DNA of 18,855 nt from Candidatus Altiarchaeota archaeon (lineage in GTDB: Archaea; Altiarchaeota; Altiarchaeia; IMC4; QMZM01), in NCBI GenBank assembly GCA_016931955.1, contig JAFGDV010000003.1, positions 1-18,855 of the forward strand, in the 5' to 3' direction. A model generated the notes under the pieces. It ran no database searches. It saw nothing but the letters and a program-made list of their open reading frames with translations, and was not told where the DNA came from. The position numbers and the translations under genes are program-made. This document shows, in pieces, positions 5,902 to 13,759 of this stretch (its first letter is position 1; each line of letters begins with the position of its first letter).

Positions 5902-8382
5902 ATGAAATGCAAGAGATCAACCTCAAATTTTTTTTTAGTCCTAGCCTTGCTCTCCCTGATTGGCAACGCATCTTCTCAGACACTTGAGGTAACTGATGTA
6001 AACGTCAATCCCTCCGTTGTCTGGCTGAATGAAAATCCCAGAATTACCGTTTCAGCGAAGTGTAGATACAACAACTCAGTGATACAGGCAGACGATGCTC
6101 TCGTTGAAATCAAATCCCCCGCTGGTTTGACGACGACAGAAAACCTCGCCTACTCCGGTGGGACATACTCTAACGCATTCTTGTTATATGGCTTCTCTGA
6201 GATAGGCACATACACAGCTTCTGTGACCTGTGATTACAACAGTTTAACTGACACAAAGAAAAAGACCTTCACAGTGCGTGAAATGGAGTTGTCCATAATC
6301 AAGGAGGGGAGTGAGATAAAAGCCTATATGGGGGAGGTTATTGAGGTCAGGATAGATTTCAGGGTGGATGGAAAGCAGGTCTCGCTGGCGAGGGATGACT
6401 ACAAGATAGTCGTCGGCGATGTTGAGGCTGAGCCGATATCTGTCATCGGGACAACAGGCTATCAGACGATAAGCGTAGACCTATGCCCCGAAGACGACAT
6501 AGAGGATTGCATGGATGATCTACCAGAGGGCCTGTATGACCTGGAGATTACAGCATACTATTCAACTGGCCAGAGCGTGGCAGATAAGGTGAAAAATTAC
6601 GTCCGCGTGAAGCCCCCAATAAAACTAGATTTCTCAAAGGTGAGGGTTGAGTGCGTTGTCGGACAACTCTGTAGTCCCTCAATAACCTTCGGCGTAACCA
6701 TGACGTCGGGTGACGTGTCAGAACTCTCGGAGGATGACGTATCCGTGAGGATTTTAGGCAACAGGGTCTTCGAAAGCGTTTACGTGGAGGACCTTCAATG
6801 TGATAAGCAAGCTGGTTCATGCACTGTGAAATTGAACATACCCTCAAACCTGCAGCCAGGATCATATGACTTGTTCTTGTCCGTGGAGAAAAAATTCGGC
6901 GACAACTCCTATACGATTGAGGAACCCATCGATTTGAAGGTCGTTCTACAGTTTTCTGGTTATATGAAGGATGCTGCAGGTGAGGTAGTAAGCTCAGTAA
7001 TAACGCTGACTAATTCAGGTACTGGACAGGTGGTCTCAGGGAGCACTGATTACTCTGGCAGATACTCCCTTGACGTGCTCCCAGGGGTGTATGTGATGGA
7101 GGCTAGATTCGGTGGCGCAATTATCAGATTCAATAACGTCTCTTTTTCAAGTGATGACTTCCTCCTTGGGATTTCAGGAAACCTCCTAAGGTATGATGAG
7201 GGGCATCTGCATTCTGGAAGCCCCTCGGGTGTTAGGATCGTGAAGGTCTTAGCAGTCGAGCTAGCATTACCTTTTTACTCAGCATGGTTCTTTGTTCCAT
7301 ACAATAGTGCCCTCGTTAGTGGGGATGAAAACAACTTGAGGGTGTATAAGTGCGCTAACTGGAACTTTGAGAAGGGTTTCTGCAACGGAGAATGGAAGCA
7401 GATAGCGGCGGAAGTTCATCCTATACGTAATGCCGTGGAGTTCTACGCGGATTCAACATCGGCCTTCATAGTGGGAGAGCAGAGGGCACTGTATCTGCAA
7501 AGCATCGAATTGCAAACTCAGAGGGTCTTCATAGGGGAGAATATAGTAGTTGATGGGAAGGTCTGGGATAGCGATGGTAATCCTGTCGAGGGAGCCCAGA
7601 TAAGGCTTTCGTTCCCAGAATTTGGCATCACTTCATCGGCAACATCAACTACGGGAGGGTTCTTCAGGGCGACCATAACAGCCCCTTACACTAGCGGCTA
7701 TCCTTCCCTATTGATAGAGGCCTCGAAGGAAACATATATATCTTCTAACGTGACAACGACCGTTGGCGTGGATATGAAAAAAGAGGTCAGTGTGTTTGGT
7801 GTCCCCGAGAGTGTTGAGATAAAGCTTGGTGAGCCGAAGAGCCTGAGATTCAAGATCTTCAATTCGGGTCAAATCAATCTGACGGATACGATACTCCTCC
7901 GCGTGAATGGGATACCCCAGGGGTGGTATAGGCTTTCAGACGTCAAGATTGATTCCCTTGAAGTAAGCGAGCAGAAGGAGATTGAAATGACGATGGAAGT
8001 AACACCAGAGTTGTGTGGTGCTGACTGCGGTCAATTCTATCTGACAAAGATTGAGGCCACCTCGGAGGAAGTAAGCGATGTTGCGAGTTTTACATTGGTA
8101 ATAGCTTCATCGAAAAATCAGACCACTTCAGCACCTGATAAGGATTCTGGTGGGCTTATAAAGCTGCCTGACATAACTGGTTTCAGTATTTCTGTGCCGA
8201 AGTTATCGAACTCTTATCTTCCATTGAGCTTTATAGTGATCCTCCTTATTCTTATCGTAAACAAGAAGAAGTCTTTCGATATCCAGCTAAGGAAAAGAAG
8301 GCCTGGGAGGAAGGAGAAGGGCGCACCGAAGCTCAGGGATTCTGTCATGGCGTCGCTGAATAAGATCAAGAAGCAGATATAA
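5902..8382 (+). CDS. Large multi-Ig cell-surface protein, C-terminal TM (paralog A)
   Basis: Signal peptide; repeated beta-sandwich motifs (GTYT, PEGLYDL, PGSYDL); carboxypeptidase-regulatory-like domains (GYMKDAAG...TDYSGRYSLDVLPGVY; GKVWDSDGNPVEGAQI); PGF-pre-PGF-like segment (ENNLRVYKC...WKQI...SAFIVG); NEW3-like domain (FNSGQINL...GIPQGW); ITGF-linker-TM-NKKK. Confidence 0.8.
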   Translation: MKCKRSTSNFFLVLALLSLIGNASSQTLEVTDVNVNPSVVWLNENPRITVSAKCRYNNSVIQADDALVEIKSPAGLTTTENLAYSGGTYSNAFLLYGFSEIGTYTASVTCDYNSLTDTKKKTFTVREMELSIIKEGSEIKAYMGEVIEVRIDFRVDGKQVSLARDDYKIVVGDVEAEPISVIGTTGYQTISVDLCPEDDIEDCMDDLPEGLYDLEITAYYSTGQSVADKVKNYVRVKPPIKLDFSKVRVECVVGQLCSPSITFGVTMTSGDVSELSEDDVSVRILGNRVFESVYVEDLQCDKQAGSCTVKLNIPSNLQPGSYDLFLSVEKKFGDNSYTIEEPIDLKVVLQFSGYMKDAAGEVVSSVITLTNSGTGQVVSGSTDYSGRYSLDVLPGVYVMEARFGGAIIRFNNVSFSSDDFLLGISGNLLRYDEGHLHSGSPSGVRIVKVLAVELALPFYSAWFFVPYNSALVSGDENNLRVYKCANWNFEKGFCNGEWKQIAAEVHPIRNAVEFYADSTSAFIVGEQRALYLQSIELQTQRVFIGENIVVDGKVWDSDGNPVEGAQIRLSFPEFGITSSATSTTGGFFRATITAPYTSGYPSLLIEASKETYISSNVTTTVGVDMKKEVSVFGVPESVEIKLGEPKSLRFKIFNSGQINLTDTILLRVNGIPQGWYRLSDVKIDSLEVSEQKEIEMTMEVTPELCGADCGQFYLTKIEATSEEVSDVASFTLVIASSKNQTTSAPDKDSGGLIKLPDITGFSISVPKLSNSYLPLSFIVILLILIVNKKKSFDIQLRKRRPGRKEKGAPKLRDSVMASLNKIKKQI

Positions 8383-8409
8383 TCTTTCACTTGCATAACT
8401 TAAGAGAGA

Positions 8410-10878
8410 ATGGAAATCTGGAAGATTTGGGGGTGGATTTTTCCATGCCTTATGCTCTATCTACTCTGTGGTATTGCGTCAGCCCAGAGTCTGGCTGTCA
8501 CGGATCTAACTGTGACGCCTTCAGAGATATGGTTGAACAGGAATCCTAATATGATAACGATCTCTGCTAAATGTGAGTTCGGCAGTTTTATTGCAAATGA
8601 TGCGGACATGTGGGCTGAAATATCCTTCCCTGGTGGGGGTGGGATGTCTACGGTGCCCCTGATTACTGGGATTTATGAATACCAGCTTTATTCCTCATTC
8701 CCTAACACAGGCACCTACACTGTGAGAGTGAATTGTGGATACAATGGTCATAGTGCGTCTGCCTATCGTTCGTTTACCGCTCATAGATTGGATCTATCGA
8801 TGGACTATAACAAGGAGATAGACACCTATCTTGGGGACGATCTTATGCTGAATGTCAAGTTCATGGCCGACGGCAGCCTTATGACCCCCAAGAAGGACAC
8901 CTTCATGATCTATCTGGGCGTCGATGATAGGTGGGAGCGCTTGGAGCAGACAGAAGACCCTATGCTGAGCGGCGGCTACCAGCAGGTGAGGGTTAAAATA
9001 CCGCTGTATTCTGACAGGGTAGGTAAGGGCTTATATGATCTGAGGGTTGAAGCCAGGTACTCAGATGATGAGCGTTTAACGTTAGCTAAGAGAAAGTTTA
9101 TCTGGGTTAATGACCCTATCCAGGTCTATATGAAGGATAGCGAAATCTTTCATGTACGCGGTTCTTCGAACAGCGTTAACCTGTCTGCTAAGGTAGTTTT
9201 TAAGGCAGGGGACCTCTGGGACATCGGGGCGGAAAATTCTGAGATAGTGATCTTTGATGAAGACACATCAAGGAATGTTCTGGTGAAGAGCATATACTGC
9301 AACAGGGTGACGGAGGAGTGTGTTTTCTCATTTGATGTGCCCTCTCTTGCTCCTGGTTCATACAACCTAGCACTGACGTTGGCCTATCCCAGCCTCACAA
9401 ACTACAGGTACAAATCCACCGCATCCATACCGATGAAGGAGGCATTAGAACTTTCCGGAGAGATAAAAGACGCCAAGAAAAATGTTATAGTCACTACGAT
9501 AGTTGTTGAGAGCATCGACCGAGGAGAGATAGAGGAAGTGAAAACGTCGTCTAATGGCAGTTACTCGATAAACCTGCTTCCAGGCAATTACAATTTCATA
9601 TTCAGGTTTTCTGGTGGGGTGACCATAAAGGTGTCAAACGTCTCCGTCTCTAACCTCGACTTGATCTCCCTTCCAGGGAATCTACTGAGGTATGATCAAG
9701 GGCACATGGAATCCGATGTACCTGATGGTATCAAGATGCTGAGGATAGTGGTCTTAGAGTTGGTGTTCCCTTTCACGGATATATGGGTATACGTGCCATA
9801 CGATAGCTCTAAGATAGCTGGAGATGAGAAAAAACTTAAAGTGTACACGTGTGATAGGTGGAATTTTGAACGCAGCCTGTGCACTGGCACCTGGGTTGAG
9901 GTGGAGAACACCTTGATATACACGATAAAGGACGCCATCGAATTTAACACAACCTACTATGGTGCTTTTCTCCTGGGGGAAAGCGATCGGCTGAGTTTCT
10001 CGCAATTCAAGGTACTTGATGATGAAGTATACATGGCCGAGTCGGTGATTGTGGAAGGTACTGTGGTGAACAGTAAGGGGGAGCCCGTCCAAGGTGCCAC
10101 GATCAACGCATCCTTTCTCGGTTATGGGGAATATTTCACAACGAAAACCAGCAGTGATGGTGAATTCAGGGTAAGTGCGGGTGCTCCGCATTTTGAGGGT
10201 GATGTTGAGCTTCTGTTGAAAGCTGGGAAGGATCTCTTCATCGGCGCGAACAAAACCCATATAATCAGCGTGGGCAGAAAGAAGGACATCAGCATATTAC
10301 AGGTTCCAGACATAGTAGACATATCCCTTGATGAAGTCACCGACTTAGAGTTCAGCCTCTTCAATTCAGGTCAGATAGATCTTGACGACACAATCTACCT
10401 CCACATAGTCGGCATATCATCTGAGTGGTATGAGTTGCTGCCTAATTACGTTGATGGTTTGAATGTGAACGAGGAAAAGCCCTTCATCCTGAGAATCAAG
10501 CTGACCTCTGAGTTATGCGGTGGAAAATGCAATAAGTTCTATCTGGTGAATCTTGAGGCAAAGTCGAGCGATATAAGCGAAGTAGCAAGCTTCACCATCA
10601 AGGTGCCAGACATTCCCGTCAATGAGACAGAGTACTATGAAGAAGGAGAGAAAGAGGAAACCTCCAAGGGGGTTGGTATCACTGGTTTTACCATATCCCT
10701 GCCCTCAATATCAAGCCCCTACATATTCTTGACAATAATCGTCGTTCTGTTGTTACTTATAGTCAACAAGAAGAAGACGGGGAAACTGCATAAGTCATTC
10801 GGCAAACACGGCAAAAAAGGGCATGCGTTAAGGAGCTCTATAATGTCTTCATTCCATAGGATAAGAAAAGAGACCTAA
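8410..10878 (+). CDS. Large multi-Ig cell-surface protein, C-terminal TM (paralog B)
   Basis: Colinear with 5902..8382 over full length (GNLLRYDQGH vs GNLLRYDEGH, WNFE, FNSGQIDL, ELCGGKCNKFYL vs ELCGADCGQFYL, ITGF, LIVNKKK). Confidence 0.8.
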   Translation: MEIWKIWGWIFPCLMLYLLCGIASAQSLAVTDLTVTPSEIWLNRNPNMITISAKCEFGSFIANDADMWAEISFPGGGGMSTVPLITGIYEYQLYSSFPNTGTYTVRVNCGYNGHSASAYRSFTAHRLDLSMDYNKEIDTYLGDDLMLNVKFMADGSLMTPKKDTFMIYLGVDDRWERLEQTEDPMLSGGYQQVRVKIPLYSDRVGKGLYDLRVEARYSDDERLTLAKRKFIWVNDPIQVYMKDSEIFHVRGSSNSVNLSAKVVFKAGDLWDIGAENSEIVIFDEDTSRNVLVKSIYCNRVTEECVFSFDVPSLAPGSYNLALTLAYPSLTNYRYKSTASIPMKEALELSGEIKDAKKNVIVTTIVVESIDRGEIEEVKTSSNGSYSINLLPGNYNFIFRFSGGVTIKVSNVSVSNLDLISLPGNLLRYDQGHMESDVPDGIKMLRIVVLELVFPFTDIWVYVPYDSSKIAGDEKKLKVYTCDRWNFERSLCTGTWVEVENTLIYTIKDAIEFNTTYYGAFLLGESDRLSFSQFKVLDDEVYMAESVIVEGTVVNSKGEPVQGATINASFLGYGEYFTTKTSSDGEFRVSAGAPHFEGDVELLLKAGKDLFIGANKTHIISVGRKKDISILQVPDIVDISLDEVTDLEFSLFNSGQIDLDDTIYLHIVGISSEWYELLPNYVDGLNVNEEKPFILRIKLTSELCGGKCNKFYLVNLEAKSSDISEVASFTIKVPDIPVNETEYYEEGEKEETSKGVGITGFTISLPSISSPYIFLTIIVVLLLLIVNKKKTGKLHKSFGKHGKKGHALRSSIMSSFHRIRKET

Positions 10879-11843
10879 CCAAATAATGAAGCGAGCCCGG
10901 AGGCGGCATCTTCCTCAGAACTCTTCTCCTCCTTCTCTGTCTTTTTTTCCTTCTCTTCTTTGGTTTTCTCCTCAGCCTGAGAGGATGATGCGGCAGCCTT
11001 AAGATCCTCTCCTACAGCATCAGGGACCTTGGATGCTAGAGACAGCATATCACCGTATGCTTTCGACAGCAAAAGCTTTATTGTTTCTTTGTTGAATATC
11101 TCAGCATTAACCGCCAGATTGAGAGCTTTCCTGGAGGCGTCTATGAGAAGATAGCCGATTGTTTCTTGGTTGTATACCCCTAAATTAAGTGCAAGATTCA
11201 GTGCGTTGACATAAGCAGTCTGTAAATCCGTCATCACCTGTTTTTCGTCTATTGCTAGAACATCCGGTGTATAGATCAGTCCGTCCTCGTACGCGGCGTT
11301 CAGTTTTAGGCCGATCTCCATGGGCTCGATACCCAGTCGTGTGAGAATCATAGCGAGTTCGGGTGATATCCTCTCACCCTCCTTAACGACCAATGAATCC
11401 TCTGTTATGGAGATCTTGCCCGCCTTTATCTGAGCCTTAATGCCGGCTTTCTGGATGTCTCCGATGATTGGTCCGGCAGGGAGTGATGTCTCACCGGCAG
11501 GCACAACAATATCCTTCGGTGCTTTGTTCCCACCTTTTGCAGGCGAGGATATCCTATTTTCTTTCAGGATTTTGTTTAATTTGAATGGGTCGAGATCCGT
11601 CAGAACCAGACCTATGGATCCCCTGATGTGAGAATCAAGGCCCTTGATTTCAGCGTTCTCAAAGGACCTCTTTATGAGGTTGATTCGGCTCACCCTAACC
11701 TCTGCTTTCCCTGCCAGTTTTTTCCTCATCAGTTGGAACTGCCTTGATGGGATTCCGTTGATGTCAACTAAACCCACAACCTTTGAGTTGCTTATCCTCT
11801 TTGTTAACTTTTCTATTTCCTTTAGTTTCCACGCGGCTACCAT
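10875..11843 (-). CDS. rplP0: 50S ribosomal protein uL10 (archaeal P0)
   Basis: N-term VAAWKLKEIEKL, GIPSRQFQLMRKKL, APKDIVVPAGET, acidic hinge and C-terminal EEDAASGLASLFG. Confidence 0.97.
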   Translation of the reverse strand: MVAAWKLKEIEKLTKRISNSKVVGLVDINGIPSRQFQLMRKKLAGKAEVRVSRINLIKRSFENAEIKGLDSHIRGSIGLVLTDLDPFKLNKILKENRISSPAKGGNKAPKDIVVPAGETSLPAGPIIGDIQKAGIKAQIKAGKISITEDSLVVKEGERISPELAMILTRLGIEPMEIGLKLNAAYEDGLIYTPDVLAIDEKQVMTDLQTAYVNALNLALNLGVYNQETIGYLLIDASRKALNLAVNAEIFNKETIKLLLSKAYGDMLSLASKVPDAVGEDLKAAASSSQAEEKTKEEKEKKTEKEEKSSEEDAASGLASLFG

Positions 11844-11845
11844 TT

Positions 11846-12484
11846 TTAAGCATCAAGTCTGATCGGAGCACCCATCGTTGTCTTGAAGTAGATGGATTTG
11901 ATTCTATCCTCAGGTATCTGTTTCTCGATACCAGATACCACTGCGATAACGTTCTCTGCCAGATCCGCCGGGCTCATGTCTTCAGTTCCCACCGGCACGT
12001 TCACCGTAGGATTCTTTTTAGATCTGATTTTGATAGTATCCCTCAGCTTCTTGGTTATGGCTTCCAAGTCAGCGTTTGGGGGAACCGGTTGAGGCATCTT
12101 TCCTTTCGGGCCTAACACGATGCCCCAGCTTTTTCCGATGACTGGCATAAGGTCGGGTTGGGCGATGAATGAATAACAGTTATCTGCGAATTTCCTCATC
12201 TTCCTCCTGTTTTTGGAATAATCTTCCAGTTCCTCTCTGCTTAGAACATACTTGGAGACCTTTTTCGCTCGGAGGTTCATGTCGCCGTCAGCGAATACTC
12301 CTATGTTCACCTCCTTGTTCCTGCCCTTAGGCAAAAGCACTGATAGATTAAGTTTGTTTTCAGGGTTCTCCATGTTTATTTCTTTGAAGTTGACGCTGAT
12401 CTCTGCAGATTGCTTGAATTTTCTCTCCGTTATCTGCTTGATCGCTTCCTGAATACGCTTTTCAGTCTCTTTTTTATCCATCAT
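11846..12484 (-). CDS. rpl1: 50S ribosomal protein uL1
   Basis: RKFKQSAE, LPKGR, LGPKGKMP, VGTEDM, KTTMG; SD GGAGG before start; position between rpl11 and P0. Confidence 0.97.
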   Translation of the reverse strand: MMDKKETEKRIQEAIKQITERKFKQSAEISVNFKEINMENPENKLNLSVLLPKGRNKEVNIGVFADGDMNLRAKKVSKYVLSREELEDYSKNRRKMRKFADNCYSFIAQPDLMPVIGKSWGIVLGPKGKMPQPVPPNADLEAITKKLRDTIKIRSKKNPTVNVPVGTEDMSPADLAENVIAVVSGIEKQIPEDRIKSIYFKTTMGAPIRLDA

Positions 12485-12485
12485 G

Positions 12486-12561
12486 TTCCTCCTACCTTAC
12501 CTAGATTAGGGGTAGTATACAGAAGCGGAATATTCTATCTATTTGGAATTAATACTTAAAA
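12486..12561 (-). promoter_or_regulatory. rpl11-rpl1 spacer: TATA-like box and SD-adjacent hairpin (candidate leader)
   Basis: Minus strand TTTTAAGTA (12561-12553); stem CTACC-CCTA-ATC-TAGG-TAA-GGTAG (12515-12492) running into GGAGG SD; TTCC (12530-12527) can pair with GGAA (12489-12486). Confidence 0.35.
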
Positions 12562-12562
12562 G

Positions 12563-13036
12563 TCAGGTCAACCGTTCCTCATAGGCTCCATTATTTATCT
12601 CCTTAGTCATCTCTTTCGCGCTTTTACCTTCTATTGTCACACCTAGGGTCTTGCAGGTTCCTATGACCTCTTTCACAGCCCCCTTGAGGTCGTTGGCTAT
12701 AAGTGAGGGTTTCTTCATATTTGCGATCTTCAGTAGTTGGTCAAAGCTAAGGTTTCCAACAATAGAGCCATCCTTTGTACCTGTATCTAAGCCGATCTCT
12801 TTTTTGATTAGTGCGGATGTTGGAGGTGTTCCAACCTGTATCTCATACTTCTTCGTTTCAGGGTCGACGACTACTTTGACAGGAATCTTCATCCCAGCAA
12901 AACCGGAGGTTTTCTCATTTATTGCTGCTACAACTTCGTTTATGTTTAACCCTAGTGGGCCTATCTTTGGACCCAACGGCGGGCCACCGGTAGCCTTCCC
13001 GCCTTCCACTAGAATCTCTATAGTCTCCTTTTTCAT
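12563..13036 (-). CDS. rpl11: 50S ribosomal protein uL11
   Basis: VEGGKATGGPPLGP, INEKT, GTPPTSALIKKE, EVIGTCKTLGVTIEG. Confidence 0.98.
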   Translation of the reverse strand: MKKETIEILVEGGKATGGPPLGPKIGPLGLNINEVVAAINEKTSGFAGMKIPVKVVVDPETKKYEIQVGTPPTSALIKKEIGLDTGTKDGSIVGNLSFDQLLKIANMKKPSLIANDLKGAVKEVIGTCKTLGVTIEGKSAKEMTKEINNGAYEERLT

Positions 13037-13533
13037 TCTTCAGTTTCTCCCTCTTTTTTAAGGATCTTGATGTCGTCTCCCTTCACAACCACTGGAATGG
13101 GTACTGCAGCCTCTATCAGCTCCACAGTGATCTCATCTTTGTCTTTATCGACCCTCGCAACCCTTGCTTTTTCTTTCTTGAAGGGCCCGGCTATTAATTC
13201 TACAAGATCGCCCTTATTTACTTCTTGCACTACAGGTGTTGGCATAAGGGTTTTTTCGAGTTCCTCAATCGATATCGTCCCAGGGACGTCTTTTTTCTGC
13301 AGCAAACCGCGCGTCTTCGGTGTTTCCCTGGCGATGTCCTCAACCGTTCCAGGGTTGTCGGCTTCCACTAGAACGTAGCCCTTTAAACCGGTCGTATAGA
13401 GTACTGAATAGATTTTTTCTCCCTCCTCCACTTTGCCCTTTTTCTTCCGACTGGCTACTTCTTGGTATATGAGCCTTGCAACTACGTTTTCCTGTCCTGC
13501 GGTTGCCCTTACGGCGTAGATTCTTGGATCCAT
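13033..13533 (-). CDS. spt5: Transcription elongation factor Spt5 (NusG)
   Basis: IYAVRATAGQE, LKGYVLVEA (NGN domain); GDLVELIAGPFKKEKARV...ITVELIEAAVPIPV (KOW). Confidence 0.97.
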   Translation of the reverse strand: MDPRIYAVRATAGQENVVARLIYQEVASRKKKGKVEEGEKIYSVLYTTGLKGYVLVEADNPGTVEDIARETPKTRGLLQKKDVPGTISIEELEKTLMPTPVVQEVNKGDLVELIAGPFKKEKARVARVDKDKDEITVELIEAAVPIPVVVKGDDIKILKKEGETEE

Positions 13534-13563
13534 TATAACCTGAAATGAATAAGTGTTGGCAGT

Positions 13564-13746
13564 CTATGCCCCCTGGAATACCTCAGAAATGAGAAGAATG
13601 ATGAAACCAAGCAAACCAATTGCCAGCATCCCTAAACCCGTTATCTTCATGGTTTCGTTGAATTCCGCTTTCTTCGGTTTCCTGCTTAGTCTCAGAATCC
13701 TCCTAGTCTCACTGTAGGCTTTAACGATTTTTCCCTCTAAGCCCAT
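13564..13746 (-). CDS. secE: Protein translocase subunit SecE (Sec61 gamma)
   Basis: RILRLSRKPKKAEF...ITGLGMLAIGLLGFII; between ftsZ and spt5. ATG 13746 (GTG 13752 alternative). Confidence 0.95.
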   Translation of the reverse strand: MGLEGKIVKAYSETRRILRLSRKPKKAEFNETMKITGLGMLAIGLLGFIILLISEVFQGA

Positions 13747-13759
13747 TTTCACTTAACCA

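Noticed and set aside
5902-10878. S-layer protein, Altiarchaeal hamus subunit or true carboxypeptidase
   Set aside because: No S-layer domain or catalytic zinc motif recognisable; carboxypeptidase-regulatory-like domains are structural; taxonomy not established, so hamus link is unsupported.
1-10878. Provirus or integrative element
   Set aside because: No integrase, capsid, replication or transposase gene; no flanking att pair visible in this part of the window.
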